A DNA stretch of 64,000 nucleotides. Origin: Lama glama (lineage: Eukaryota). The position numbers were made by a program, and so were the translations under genes. The stretch is from NCBI GenBank assembly GCA_028534125.1, contig CM052818.1, positions 30,010,001 to 30,074,000 on the forward strand. The letters are read 5' to 3'. Below the pieces are notes generated by a model that was not told where the DNA came from, made no database searches, and saw only the letters and a list, made by a program, of their open reading frames with translations. Shown here one piece after another: positions 40,766 to 54,118 of this stretch (the stretch's first letter is position 1; each line of letters opens with the position of its first letter).

Positions 40766-41393
40766 CTGTAGGTAAGAAACATCATAACTGCTTCAGTAAT
40801 TTATAAACACACATCCAAAACATATTACAACATACTTTTTCCTCCAGTTTAGTGAATGAAAGCATGTGTACTCTATCACCTATAAAAATTCTGAGGCAAG
40901 TGAGTCCCCACCTATCCATGCTAGGACACACTGTATCATCATCAAATGCTAAGGACAAGTGACTAGCAGAAAACACAAAATGTAAAATATAAACAAGGAG
41001 TTATTATATTCACTTTACATATATTAACTCACTTATTCAACAAAATAACTTCATAAGGAAGGTACTATTTTACAGACTGAAGAAACTGAGGAACAGGGAG
41101 CACCTTCCTCAAGTCCACATAAAAAACCAGGAAGCAGCCCACTGCTGGTATTAATGAGGAAGCCTACTACCTCCAATATTCCTGCACTTTAACAACTCAG
41201 CTCCTCCATAAAACACTTGGATTTAACTCAGCTGTCAACATAATTAAATACAAAATAACCCTAACTGGTTGCTACTGCTATAACATGAAAGAAACATTTC
41301 ATGCTTTTGAGGTCACGGTTTCCATTTAAGATTATTTTGTCAAGCAGACAAGCTAATTTTGACATATCCTATTAAAAATAAATCCTAACCAAC

Positions 41394-41577
41394 CTGCTAA
41401 AATATCCTGTATCATACAAGTTAAGGAATATTGAGCCCAAGCACCGCCCCAAGATATATCTCCTCTATTGAAGTCAGTTCCAACCAGAAGTAATAGCAGT
41501 CTTTCCAGCTGGGGTTCATTCACAATCTCACACAGATGTATAGTTGGCCTGGTGGCATTCGCAATACGTGCAAGAAC
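41394..41577 (-). CDS. BIRC6: BIRC6 coding exon VLARIANATRPTIH...IQDILA, 184 bp
   Basis: attgcag| and CAG|gttggt; phase 0-1. Confidence 0.94.
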
Positions 41578-42170
41578 CTGCAATACATTTCACAAAATCA
41601 TATGCTATAAATAGCAATTACATAAGTTTTCTCCTAAAATTAAGAGTTCGAGTAATAGTTTTCAATGAGATACACTTTTGATGTCAAAATGACTGTCTGA
41701 CATGGAATGCAAAAGAAATATAATTTCATGGATCAAATATTAAAATCTGGTTAAAAATGTGGGTTGAATAGTTTAAAATAATTTCTGTAAACAATGAATA
41801 TGCTACAGGAAAGCCTTCCAGTAGCATAATACACCCTTCACCGCTATAATTTGATCATTATTTGTATATTTCCAATTTTAATTAATAGAAAAAGGGTAGA
41901 TAGATATACCTATATTACTGACATTTCAAATCTACATTAATCTAGTTTTAACAGGATTAAAATCATGCATCAGGTCTTCTGAGAAATAACTGACAAAATA
42001 TTTTAAAATATTTCAAAGCACATTAAAAAAAAAACTAAATGGCATAAAAGGAAAACCAATGAAAGCACTTTTATTTCTCTTAAAATTCAATTAAAAACTG
42101 AATTTTTTTCTTAATTATTTTTCTTACCCTTAAGTTTATAATTATAAACTATGCTTACTAATTTACTTAC

Positions 42171-42386
42171 CTTACAAACAAATAGTAAGAGATCTGCATG
42201 GCATGTAAAATCCATGGAGAGGAGAAACAAGACAAGTTTCTGGACAACTGAAATACAACGTTCATGGGCCAGGGTAAATGGAAGTGGTTCTATCTCTGGA
42301 CTTTCTTTTGTTGTTGTAACTTCTGTGTCTAAATTAGAACGGGACCATTCTGCTGTCCGACGTAACCGAATTAAATCCTTAAAGTG
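42171..42386 (-). CDS. BIRC6: BIRC6 coding exon HFKDLIRLRRTAEW...LLFVCK, 216 bp
   Basis: gtgatag| and AAG|gtaagt; phase 0-0. Confidence 0.93.
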
Positions 42387-43192
42387 CTATCACAAAAATT
42401 CACAGTATTTAAATCAATGTTTATTGAATGAAAATTCTTTCAGTACAAATTTACTTATGGAATCAAAATACTCACTCAGAAAACTTACAAATTCTAAAGA
42501 ACGAAATTTTTAAGGCAAACCATAAGCTTCAAACAATAAAATTACTAAAAACTATACTAACCAATATACCATGTGTCCTATTTTAGAGTAAGGTACCAGA
42601 TACATAACAGAGTTTCAGAAAGGTGAAATTCTATAGAAAGGTCAAATATAACATCTTAAATGAACATTACCAAAACATCCTAAACATAATTCATAAAAGA
42701 TGGATGGTAAAGAAACCTAAGGTATAAAGTATTATTTTAAAATCTGATGGAATAACTATACTGTCATACTTACAGAAACACAATACATAAACTTGGTTGC
42801 TACATATGTTTTATCTCTCCCAAATTAAAAAAAAAGTCTTTTTAAAAATTTTGTCTACAAATCGTTGAACTTAATTTTCACTTAGAAAAGACACAATAGG
42901 AAAACTATGTATTTCCTGAGTCCTTTTATCTTCAATTTACTGGAACACAATACACTTTAAAGGGAATACACTAGAAAATACTTTAAGTCCACATTTATTT
43001 CTTTGAGTTAAAAGCTACCTATCCAAAAAAAAAAAAAAGAAAGTATTTAGAACAGATTTTTCTCTTGATAAGGAGAATAACATAATATTTAACTAGCTTT
43101 AATAATGACCAGGAAACTTCTCAAATAATTTAAAATACTAAAAGGGAGAGTGACTTTTATAATATAATTACATTAAAAAGTACAGATCTTAC

Positions 43193-43324
43193 CTTTGATG
43201 TAGCTTGCTTTAATTTTGCCTGCTCTACCAGAAGTTTATATGATGATCCTTTGTTACTTTGTATTTTTTCTTTTTCCATCTGTTCTACCAAAGCCTTCTG
43301 TTTTGCTTTTAGTAAGTTCAGTTG
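43193..43324 (-). CDS. BIRC6: BIRC6 coding exon QLNLLKAKQKAL...KQATSK, 132 bp
   Basis: polyT-aaag| and AAG|gtaaga; phase 0-0. Confidence 0.93.
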
Positions 43325-43729
43325 CTTTAAAAAAAAAAAAAAAGATCTTAGAGTTAACAATGTAAAAAATAAGAAAGTAAATTACTGTACTCCTCACCGA
43401 ATCCATATATAAAACTAATGGAATAAGTATTTCCTTGAAAAATTAGTTTTAACTACATTGCTGGTTTTTAAAAAATCATTTCCAAATCCCAACTAAAAGA
43501 CCTCCCCATGTTATAACTGAGAATTAGTTTCTTAGCCCTGGGAGAAGAGACAAAACTGGAAGACTTTTATGTAAGCCACTAATGAGACTGGTGATGGACA
43601 TATTTTTTAAATGGAGGAAAATAATTATTTTTAAATACTTGGTGAAAATACTTCTATTGCACAATATTCTTAGCTTTGCTTTTATGGGAATCTCCTTCAA
43701 GAGTAGTATTTTTTGGTATGTTTATGGTT

Positions 43730-44100
43730 TTTATGAAAAATTTTATTGAGATAACTGTAAATTCATTTGCAGTTGTAAGAAATAATGCAGAGATCTCTTG
43801 TACACTTCACTCAACTTCCTCCAAAGATAACATTTTGCAAAACAATAGCATAATATAACACAGTAATGACATTGTTAGAATTGACCAAAATTTTTCAGAT
43901 TTCTCCAGTTTCACTTGTACTCATTTGTGTCTGTGTTTATGTATATGAGTTCTATAGAATTCTACACTTTTGTTGGCTCAGGTATCCACCACTATAGTTT
44001 ATAAACAGTTCCATCACCACACAGTTCCCTCATGCTGTCCTTTTACGCTGTCCATCCTCCTCCCGCTTCTGCCCCATCCCTACCCCTGGTAACCACTAGT
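43730..44100 (-). mobile_element. L1MC-like 3' fragment
   Basis: ttttattgagataactgta...gcagttgtaagaaataatgcagagatc...ccctggtaaccacta. Confidence 0.6.
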
Positions 44101-44689
44101 AGGCTGAGATGACCAAATACACCAAAAGGGAGATAAAAAAAAAATTCTGCTAAAAAGATTTAAAAATATGTTAAATGACCACTTTCCCATATATTCATTA
44201 CAAGGAACATTACTCAATACAGAAAGTCACTAGAACATTATAGTCATAATTATAACTGAATTATTTAGTTAAGAAGTTAATAAATCTACTTTTTAAAAGA
44301 GTATTTCCTATATTTCTGCTGCTGCTATATTTTTGTTATCAGGAAAGAAAGAACTACTATTATAAAGAAATATCCACATGGCTATTATCTCTATATATGA
44401 AGAAAAATGTATCCTAATTTAAAACCAGCACGCACATGTATTAAATAATCAACATATGTCAGTCATGTCAATGTGACAACTAATGCAAATCAGTATTTTC
44501 AGAAAACTGTTCCAAAAGTTCTACATTAACATATACAACAATTATAACCAAGAGAAAATGTAATTTTTAACTTATTTTGAAACAGCAATCTTAGTTCCTG
44601 CTGTACAAAGACATTTTCTCCCTAAACTATTCGAGAATATAGGATGAATGGGGAACATATTTTATGGGATACTAATTTAGAAACCAGGG

Positions 44690-45120
44690 AATACCTTTTT
44701 GAGGAAGTGAATATGAACTAACGTCTGAAAAATAAGTTAGATTATCCAAGCTAAAGAGTAAATTGAAAGGTATGGGGTAGAGAGGAGATCAGAACATGCT
44801 AAATGAAAAAACTGAAATGGATGGTCCAGGAACTCAAATTCAATAGACAGATCAAAATTGAAAACTGAAAGTTAGATGGGCAGATAATAGACATGCTAAA
44901 GCCATGTTAAGGAGTTTGACCATTATCCAAATGTCAATTGGAAGCCACTAATAATTTAGAGAAGGAGACATATGATCAGGTTTGTATCTAAAAAGAACTC
45001 TCTAGGGGTAGCATGAAAAATGGACCAGACTGACAAAGAACAAATGCAGATAGGCCTTTCGACAGGCAAATGATGGCCTCACTTAGAATGGTAGTAACAA
45101 AGATGTGAAGAGGTAGAGAC
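44690..45120. mobile_element. L2 fragment
   Basis: ttaaggagtttgac...ggaagccact...atgatcaggtttgt motif; a similar L2 relic lies at ~60430-60860. Confidence 0.5.
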
Positions 45121-45311
45121 AGTTAAAAGGACATCACCTAAAATTTGTAAACTACATATTTTTGCCATCTTACAAATAAGGAAACTCAGTGTCAAAAGTG
45201 TTAAATAATTTCCCTAAGTATTTCATTAATGTCATATGTAAGGTCTGATGGCAAGTCCATCTCAAACAATGTCTCAAATACTAAAACAAACAAAAAAATA
45301 TCAAAAATTAC

Positions 45312-45439
45312 CTGTTTATGATGAACTAGCTGCTTTCTTATTTTTCTGGAATATAATCTATCAAGGCTACTGCTGCCTTTGGAAGACCTATTTATGTTCT
45401 GGGTGTGCAGATTATTGTTAATAAAACTCCACTGGTTAC
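45312..45439 (-). CDS. BIRC6: BIRC6 coding exon (G)NQWSFINNNLH...LVHHKQ, 128 bp
   Basis: cctatag| and CAG|gtaatt; phase 1-0. Confidence 0.92.
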
Positions 45440-46791
45440 CTATAGGGCAAAAAAGGTTGTATTAAAAATTATGTTAAATGTGATTTTAATGTACTATTCA
45501 TAGCCAGAAAACGCAAAATGATAAATGTGCCAATCATGACAAAACAGTTTTATTAAAAATTAAGGAACTCATTGTAAACAAATTGCTAAGAAGATCTGAC
45601 ACTAGAAAGGCTAACCTAGACCCTACGCGACTTCTCTGCCTCCAATCTTTCCTTCTTTCTCCACAACTGTTTAATCTCTGTACAACACAGCTTTGATAAT
45701 GTCACTCCACTGTAACAACAAGAAAATGCTCACTGTTACCTATGCCAAACTCACATACTTCTGTGCAGGGACCAGAAAAAGGGATACTCAATAATCTGAC
45801 TTAATGACTGCATAAATAAGGCTGAATAGTTCAAAAACCATGCTGCGTAGCTCAACTTAGTCTCATTTTGGAATGTGTCCAGGGTATTCCTTACTCGCCA
45901 TTCTCCCATTCAGTTCAGGCTTAATCCCTCCCACACTTTACCCATCCTCAATGATTTTTTCACATCTTAACCTAATGACATCTTTTTCTATTCTCTACTA
46001 TCCTTTTGTCAAGCCAGTTCAAATTCTTCCAACCCTAAAAATATGTCTTCCACCAATGTGTTTGCAAAATGCATGAATGCTGTAAATAAAAACTAAGACC
46101 TCCCATACAATGTACTATTATAGTCCAACTTCACAGGTAGTTGTAATGTCTTATCTATATATCCTGTAACTGACTGAACTGACTCAGACACATACAGCAT
46201 TTAAAAACTAAATATATGTAAGACAAACTTTCTGTACATAAAAAGAATTCTCCACCCTATTTTCAAACATAATGTGCATCAATAAAACATCTCAAGGGAT
46301 CTTTTTCAATACTAGAATCCTAACAATGTTTAAAACTCCAAATTTTATGGCACCTTTTGTCTGTATTTACATACTAAATGTAGGTATTTCTTAAAAGTCT
46401 CGTTAACTTGGAAGAAGGGAAGAAAATAATTTGTCTTGCGGTCTTATTTCCTTTAATATAAAAAATTTTCTCTGACTCAGACTTCTGGAGAAAGATTACA
46501 ACTCACAAAAATCTGGGAATTTCTGTAACTAAGCATAAAAGTCATTTGTAATTCATTAGTAGAACTATATTCTATAATGGTAAATGGAATGATACACTAT
46601 ACTAAATAACATAAAACTACAATTACTCTTCACAGATTTCCTTTTCGTAAACTTCACTTATATGTCTGTTATTCCTGGTAAAGTTAACTAACATTTTACA
46701 TACAGCTGAAATCTCCAGGACAAAGCAAGTTAGGGGAAAACTTCACAGTCACTCAAAATCCCCACCAAAGATTATTATAAACTTCTGATAC

Positions 46792-46929
46792 CTGTCAGAA
46801 ACCTCTCTCTGTCTTTACCATTCAAAGGTTTCTTTGCAGCTGCTGCTTCATCTTCTACAGTTGCTACATAATCCAGCAACCTGGACACCAGCATAACAAC
46901 CCAACTGATCATGGGAATATCTAGTACTC
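46792..46929 (-). CDS. BIRC6: BIRC6 coding exon (G)VLDIPMISWVVML...RERFLT, 138 bp
   Basis: gtatag| and CAG|gtatca; phase 1-1. Confidence 0.93.
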
Positions 46930-47660
46930 CTATACAGAAATAAAAGGGAAAAAGTAATCCCGTGACTTTAAGAGTACTAATGAAGTCTGATAAAATAATT
47001 ATAAAATTAAGATATTTTATAAATCCAAAACACATGATATAATTATAAACATTAATATTTATTTATAATAAACCTCAAAACTGAAGCCTACAAATCGAGT
47101 AACACATTGAATCAAATGAAAGATCTGACAAACACTTCACGGAACAAAAACAGATTCTTAAGTATAGTTTGAATCCAACAGATAATAACTTATAAACTAG
47201 AAAACAAGGTATAAGACACCTACTCTTAGACTTACAGGTGCCTGACATAAAAATTTTAACTCTCAATTTATAATTTACATAGTTTTAAACCATGTTTTAA
47301 AGTTTTTATTTCAATAACTATTTTATTGTTCAAATGAAGCTCATTATCAATGATCAGAACAGCAACACTGCCTTAAATTTAAACATGAGTTTAATTTTAA
47401 TTATGATAGTATAGAAACAACATATCACAATTTCCAAGTTCAAAATTCACATGATGAAACACACATTTAAAAAACAATAACCCCATACTGCAGTCAGTCA
47501 CATGAAGGCTGGTCATTCTAAAAAGTCTACATCATAAAAATAACAACAAAATGTGCAGCAAGATGAACACTGAAATAAATATTTCAGATCAGCCATTTCG
47601 TAAAAGCAGTATTTATAGGAATCCTATGTTTTGACTAAAGATCGCTACTTTTAATAATAC

Positions 47661-47794
47661 CTTCTGTCCTCCTATGCATGGGTAACTGTGGCTGGAGAGG
47701 TGACAGTAAATTATCCAACAGGTTAAGTAAGCTTTCTAATACTCCACTATTACTAAGTGACCTTTGACCAATGCAGGAAAGTAACATGAAGACC
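47661..47794 (-). CDS. BIRC6: BIRC6 coding exon VFMLLSCIGQRSL...MHRRTE, 134 bp
   Basis: polyT-aaag| and AAG|gtatta; phase 2-1. Confidence 0.92.
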
Positions 47795-48395
47795 CTTTAA
47801 AAAAAAAAAAAAGATAAATAAATAAAATAACCAGTAAGAATCAATTTAATTGTTCATCTTAAAAATTATAGAATGTTAGAATATTTGATACTTAAGATTT
47901 GAGAGGGGCTTTAAGGATCCAGAGCTCACCCTCTATTACAAATACATCAAAAATACATCTGTATGTGGAACAATTCTCACAGAATACATATTGAACTCTG
48001 ATGCTCAGCAAGATTTATATTTGGAACTATGATGTTAAAATCAGCTCCTTCTCAGCTATTAGTTTTATATTCTAACTTTATCCACAAGAAATCAGGTAGA
48101 GAAAATTTTAACCTCAAAAAAATACCTTTGACACATAAACTAACATGATCTGATAGGAAATACTCCTAAACACAGGTCTATAAACTCCACAGATTCAGTC
48201 AGGAAGCAAAAGAATGTAGTGTAGTTATATGATACAGAAGCTTCTTCAATATTCCCCTCACTGGGCATTCCCCAAACTCTGAAAAGACATGCTTCATTTC
48301 CCACACTCAATATCCACATAAACAAGATTTCCAAAACTTTGACTACGAGAAGTATAACTCATAGTAACAAATTACTCCAGTATTTTCTGACTTAC

Positions 48396-48615
48396 CTATC
48401 CTGTGGAAAGATGAGAAGCTGCTCTGAATTGTACAATTCCTGAAGAACGTTAGAAAGAAACTGGCCCCACCATCTTTCACCACCACAGAGTTGAACAAGT
48501 AAAAGACCAGTATGTAACCGTATCTTTGGGGTTCCACTGATGCACAAATGTTTAAAAAGCTCTTCACAGGCCTGGGCATGAAATGTACTCTGCAAAACTG
48601 CAGGAACAGAGTGTC
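48396..48615 (-). CDS. BIRC6: BIRC6 coding exon (G)HSVPAVLQSTFHAQ...IFPQD(R), 220 bp
   Basis: gtaatag| and TAG|gtaagt; phase 1-2. Confidence 0.93.
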
Positions 48616-49206
48616 CTATTACAAGAAAGAAAACAGTAAAATTTCTATTTAAGAGTATGCTCTACTATCAAAATCAGTATGCCTAGTCATATTTCCTTCT
48701 TTAACAGAAAAATTATATTCTATTTATTTTCCTATTCATTTATTTACTCCTTATATGTACAGCTTTATTTGCTAAACACTTAGGTAAGGAAGAGTTAGCA
48801 CTTAAAACAATTATATTTCTTGTATGTGGAGCTGGGTGTATCAGACGGCTGTGTGCGTGTGCACCCGTGTGCAAGCCCCACATGTAATGATCAAAAATAG
48901 CGACAGTACTATATTAGACTAAGAATTCATTAACAGTTTTCACTGTTGTGCTTTCAAACTTTATTTATTACTTTGCCATTAAAAATAATGTGGCACATCA
49001 ATAGCAGAAACTCCAAAACAAAAATCAAAACTCCATTTAAGAAAAACAAATAAAAACAAGGAAAAAATGAATTCACCTAAAACACATTTCATAAACACAT
49101 CTGAAAAAAAATCAAAATTAACTAGGCCTAGGAAACAACAAAACATGAAACAAAATCACATCAAATACATTTCCAGCCTTTTAAAGTACTTAAACCAAAT
49201 ACAAAC

Positions 49207-49553
49207 CATTGGAAGAGTGAAGAAGGCTGAGCAAAGTGTCCAATAAATATCTGATGATAGTACGTAACTGCTCTGTGGAAGACATCTGAATCAAATCTTT
49301 TGGATCTGATGTTTCACTCAGCATCTTCCTACTTGCACCAAGAGCTACTTTGAGCCTCTGCACTGCATTATGAGCCAAATTTAATTGAAGCTGTAGCTGA
49401 ATACAGTCTTGATAGGCAGAAAAAACTCTGCTGTCTTCCTCAACTGCCTTGTCTGGCTTTCGCAAAAAGTACTGCGCATTGTTAGCACTGTTGAGGGGAG
49501 GAAGGTCAATACTTTGCAAAAGAGTTTCCAGTCGATGACAAGCTAAATTATAC
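49207..49553 (-). CDS. BIRC6: BIRC6 coding exon YNLACHRLETLL...LLHSSN, 347 bp
   Basis: cttatag| and ATG|gtttgt; phase 2-1. Confidence 0.94.
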
Positions 49554-49885
49554 CTATAAGTAAAAAATAAGTGAATAAAATAATTTCTGCAACGTTCTCT
49601 TTGATGAACAAGTATGAACATTAACTAAAAATTAAATCCCTAAAACACATTAACACATAACCATTAAAAAGAATTAATCAATTAGTAAGTACTAAAAAAA
49701 GAGCCAATTATTTAATCACAATATGTTAATGCATTAAGTATTATTGTAACAAGCTAGTACCCTACTTCCTCTCACTCTTTTCTACACACTAATGAAAAGG
49801 CATTTCTTGACAAATATATATCCGAGATATTACACAAAATAGAGGGTTTCAGTAAGATTAAAATATATTGCAATTTTCTACTAAC

Positions 49886-50094
49886 CTGCACTGTATATCC
49901 TCCTGTAGAGCAACCATCATCGCTAAATGCTGGTCAATTTCTGGTTGGTTTGCAGATTCTCCCTCTCCCCTCAAAGGATCATGCATTAATTTCAGTTCAC
50001 TCTCCCAAGGCAAGATATAGGTATGCCCATAGTAAAATCCTAATGGAATTTTAGCTCTGGCATTTGTACTTCCATAACGTCCAATGACAGTGAT
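49886..50094 (-). CDS. BIRC6: BIRC6 coding exon ITVIGRYGSTNARAK...EDIQC(R), 209 bp
   Basis: atttcag| and CAG|gttagt; phase 0-2. Confidence 0.93.
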
Positions 50095-50280
50095 CTGAAA
50101 TGAAAACTTATAAGTACAGGTACCACCGATCTACAACAATAAAAATCTCTGTAATGTATTTTAAAAGAGATATAATTATAAATTATAAAAAGATACTTTT
50201 AAATTACATGTCTGAATAGTTTTCATAACTTAATCAGAAACACAGAAAGCGTATCAATTCATTTTCTTGAAGTTCTTTAC

Positions 50281-50495
50281 CTTCATGAATCTGCACACAG
50301 GAGGTGGTATTAAGTCATGAAGAATTAGTGAATGGGTGCTTATATCAGTTGCGACTACCAGTCGCCTCCCATCTACCTCTTCTCCTAATGTCCAAATGTC
50401 AATTGACAAGGAGGCCAAGTCTCCACATGTGGGAATCAATACATCTGTCAACAGTATTGGTTTGCCAAAATCCAAGGTCACAAATCTCCTTGCTC
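50281..50495 (-). CDS. BIRC6: BIRC6 coding exon (G)ARRFVTLDFGKP...VCRFMK, 215 bp
   Basis: ctgatag| and AAG|gtaaag; phase 1-0. Confidence 0.94.
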
Positions 50496-52477
50496 CTATC
50501 AGAGACAGAGCAACAGTTGACACAAAATACCATATATCAATTAACCAAAAGATACACTCAGAAACAGTGTGGAACACTTGTCTTGAAATAAGAAATCAAC
50601 TTACTAAACTACAAACATGAGAAAAAAAGTTACTTTTTACTAAGCAGCTCATTCAAAAATTGTCTAAAATCTCAATCTATGTTAGTTTGAACCTTAAGAC
50701 TTTGGTTTAAAAAAAAATACATACATGAAAAAGCTTGCTACTATCAAGGCAATCAACTGTACACATAGGCTTAATTTAAAGCATTAGAGCAAAAATAAAT
50801 GTAAATTAGCAAAAACAGAATACAGATTAATTCCATCAAGTACCTATCTGTTCTTTCAGTCATTTGGACTTTTTAAAAATTTCACAATTAGATGTATTAA
50901 TGATATCAAACTGTATCACATGATTTTGGTTTTCTTAAGCCTTGTTTAACATCTTTTGGAGTTGCATCTTACATTGGGGTTAAGATGTAAAGGAAAAGCA
51001 TAAGGCTGAAATCACATGTAGTCATTATTATCACGCTAAAAAATGTCTTAGGAAGGTTGTCTAATGAGACAGATAAAGCTTATCTCAAACAAGCCTCCCA
51101 CTCCCTACCCCACCTTACTGACACATCACTTTCTCTTCAGCTCAGTACCAGATGAAGTAGAAGGCTTACTCTTCAAGGCCACACTAAAGAGGTAGTGAGT
51201 CTTTTCTGTGTAAGCACTAAACCCACACTCAGCATGGCTGAGATGCTTATGCTAATGAAAGGCAAGAATGATCTAAGAGGAACAGAAAAAAGAGCAGTTC
51301 TGCAACTCTCATCTCACATTTCAGGAATATGCTCAATTAGTGAAACAGTAAGCAGAAGCATTAATAAAATCGTAATTATTTTTCTTCTTTACTGGGTTAG
51401 GGGTAGATAGTAACCTTACCAGTTACATTTTACAGTTAAAGGACCCAACTAAATTTAACTTCTAGGACTAGTATTATTCTCAATAGAGTCATTTTAAGGA
51501 AAACAAGGCAGTTACCAATACTTTCCTAAACAGAAAGACTACTGAACAACAAAAAGCATAATTCTTCTCCTTAGGGGGTTTATGTGCCACAATCAAGTCC
51601 ATAGATTAAAAAACCAAATCATAGTATAAAACAACTGCTCACATTTAAGATTGGACAACAACAAATTTCACTCTAAATGTTATAAACACTGATGTTATTA
51701 CAAATAAATTATTAACTGGGCAGAAAACACCATTAACACTTTATTTTTTTTTAAACTCTTCCGAAGAGGAAATAACCCACTGCAATGAATCATAGTTCAA
51801 CTGTTCACTTAACTATATTCATGTTACTTCCTCCTATAAAACACACCTAAAAATTCTGTTAAATTCTGCTGCTGCTCAAGCCTGGAAATAACAGTTGGTA
51901 GGACAATAAGATGAATACTGCATATAGTATATATAAAGTATATATACAAGATACATAGTACAGATGTTCTAATTGAAAGCACCTATCCTGATGACAGGAC
52001 TCTAGCACATAAGCATGGTACAAGCCTAAGTAAAATCTGAAGTATGCAGAGACCATGAAGTGCTATTAATCTTACTTACTATAATTAGCAGTAATTCCAC
52101 CTGCTTTTCTCAAGAAAGAGTTCCAAGACCAGAATGCTCATTTTAGGAATACTTCTTTAATTTTTAGTGTAATGGCAATTGAGCAGCTCCAATGGAGGCT
52201 GAAAATCTATGTCAACCATAGTTTAACATGCGAGACTCAGTTACAGATCAAAGCCACAGGTTGGATAGAATTAATGAACCTAGTCAGCAGCACTCTTCCA
52301 TTCAACTTGGTGAGCACACAGCTTAAGCTTATGGAGTGCTTATTCTTAGTAAAATGTATTTTCCCAAGAGCTATTTATTTATTTTCAAAAGAAAAATCTA
52401 ACTACAAAAAAAGTCTTCAAAATTCAAATGGTCAGCAGACAAAGCAAGAAAAATATCTTAAGAAAGTCAAAGATTAC

Positions 52478-52577
52478 CTGAATGCATTCGCTCAATAATA
52501 ATGGACTGGTGAGGTGGAGGCTGAAGAAAATGTGAAGCATGAGAAATTGCAAGGGCTAGACCAGAACCAAGTGGATT
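52478..52577 (-). CDS. BIRC6: BIRC6 coding exon NPLGSGLALAISHA...IERMHS, 100 bp
   Basis: tttctag| and CAG|gtaatc; phase 0-1. Confidence 0.93.
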
Positions 52578-52820
52578 CTAGAAAAGAAAAAAGTGTAACT
52601 CTACACTGGTATCACTCTTGCTCTATAAAAACTAATAGCCATAATATGAAATTAACAAGTCTCATCTTCTGATGTATATTCTGTAACATCTCATAAAACA
52701 AAATAATCTAATTTGATATAACAAGTTGGTATAATAAAATTTTGCCTTCTAAAGTTAGCACATACATCAAAATATTTATCAATGTATAAGTGAACATCTA
52801 TTTAAAATATAGTAATTTAC

Positions 52821-53144
52821 CATTCTGGACTTGTTGGAATTTTTGTTATGTGCAGCAAGATTGACTGTTGGGGGATCAATAACTGAGCCTGGGAAAAGCT
52901 GTGCAAGTTCAGCATTAATCACAACGGAAACTGCTTCATTGGGTGGGGTGAGTGGTGGAGTCATAAAAAGTGGTGTTGTTTTTGGAGTGGGTGGAATAAC
53001 GTCAGATGGATGGATGAAGAATCCAGGGGCTGCCGCTGGGTTGGAAGGCACAGAGTTGTGTACAGGACCTACTGCTGATGCTGCCGATGCTGCTGCAGCT
53101 GCTGCAGCAGTGGTCTGGTGTAACTTGGCTTCCAGCTTTGCTTT
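52821..53144 (-). CDS. BIRC6: BIRC6 coding exon KAKLEAKLHQTTAAAA...SNKSRM, 324 bp
   Basis: cttacag| and ATG|gtaaat; phase 0-0. Confidence 0.94.
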
Positions 53145-53930
53145 CTGTAAGAGAAGTAAAAGCAACAAATATAGACTAATCCTGCCTGCCTAAGTTGTGG
53201 GGAATACTACACGGGTATATATTATGAAAATAAACATGACTAACTAGATCCTAGTTCAATAAAAATGAAACTAAGGAAAAAACAGACTCAACCCGGATGG
53301 AGTATTTCTATGGTATATATATGTATTTCACTAAACATTTGCTTAAAATTTCTTGAGTATTTGGGAAGTAGGACTTTCTCAAAGCAAAGATAGAAAGAAA
53401 GCAGAACAATTAAATGTAAATAAAGAAACAAACTCCTTCTAAAAACAAAATATTAACAGGAAGTGGATTCTCATGTTGCCTAACCTGATATAATTTGTCA
53501 CCTGGAATTGTATAGGATGCATTTAGACCACGATGAAATCTCCAAAACATCTGTTGTTTTTACTAAATCTTAATCACATTAATTTAATTGGTCTTTAAAA
53601 CTGTTTTAGGTTTTTCAATCCATAAAAATAATAACTGGTAACTGTAATGTTTGACCAAGAGTATTTAAACAGAGTTAAGAATGGATTTTACTTAAAGATT
53701 ACAAAGAAAGTATCAATTATATTACCCTAGGTATGTATCAAATAAATACATTTATATAATTTTTTAAAATTTAAGTATGTCACAAAGACGTTACCTCAAT
53801 TTTTGCAGAAAATGATTAGCTCAGATGGTCAACCTAATTTCCTTTATGAAAATAATGGTCATTTTTACAGTATTTTCTCAGCTTTTGAAGTTTAGAGACA
53901 GCATGAACAAAGAGCCAAATAGTCTCCAAC

Positions 53931-54118
53931 CTGTTGCTGAAGCTTCAAAAGCTGCTGCTGTTTCTCTTGCAGCACCTGCAGCTGTTGCTCGGCTGAAGCC
54001 ATTGCATGAGAGAGAGACTGCAAAGCTACCTGGGCTGCTGAACTCAGGGCTGTCGAAGCTTCCCCAACTGTGCCAGATGATAGTCCACCTACTGCAGGAG
54101 TAACCCCGAAGGAACTCA
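53931..54118 (-). CDS. BIRC6: BIRC6 coding exon SSFGVTPAVGG...LLKLQQQ, 188 bp
   Basis: atgccag| and CAG|gttgga; phase 1-0. Confidence 0.92.
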
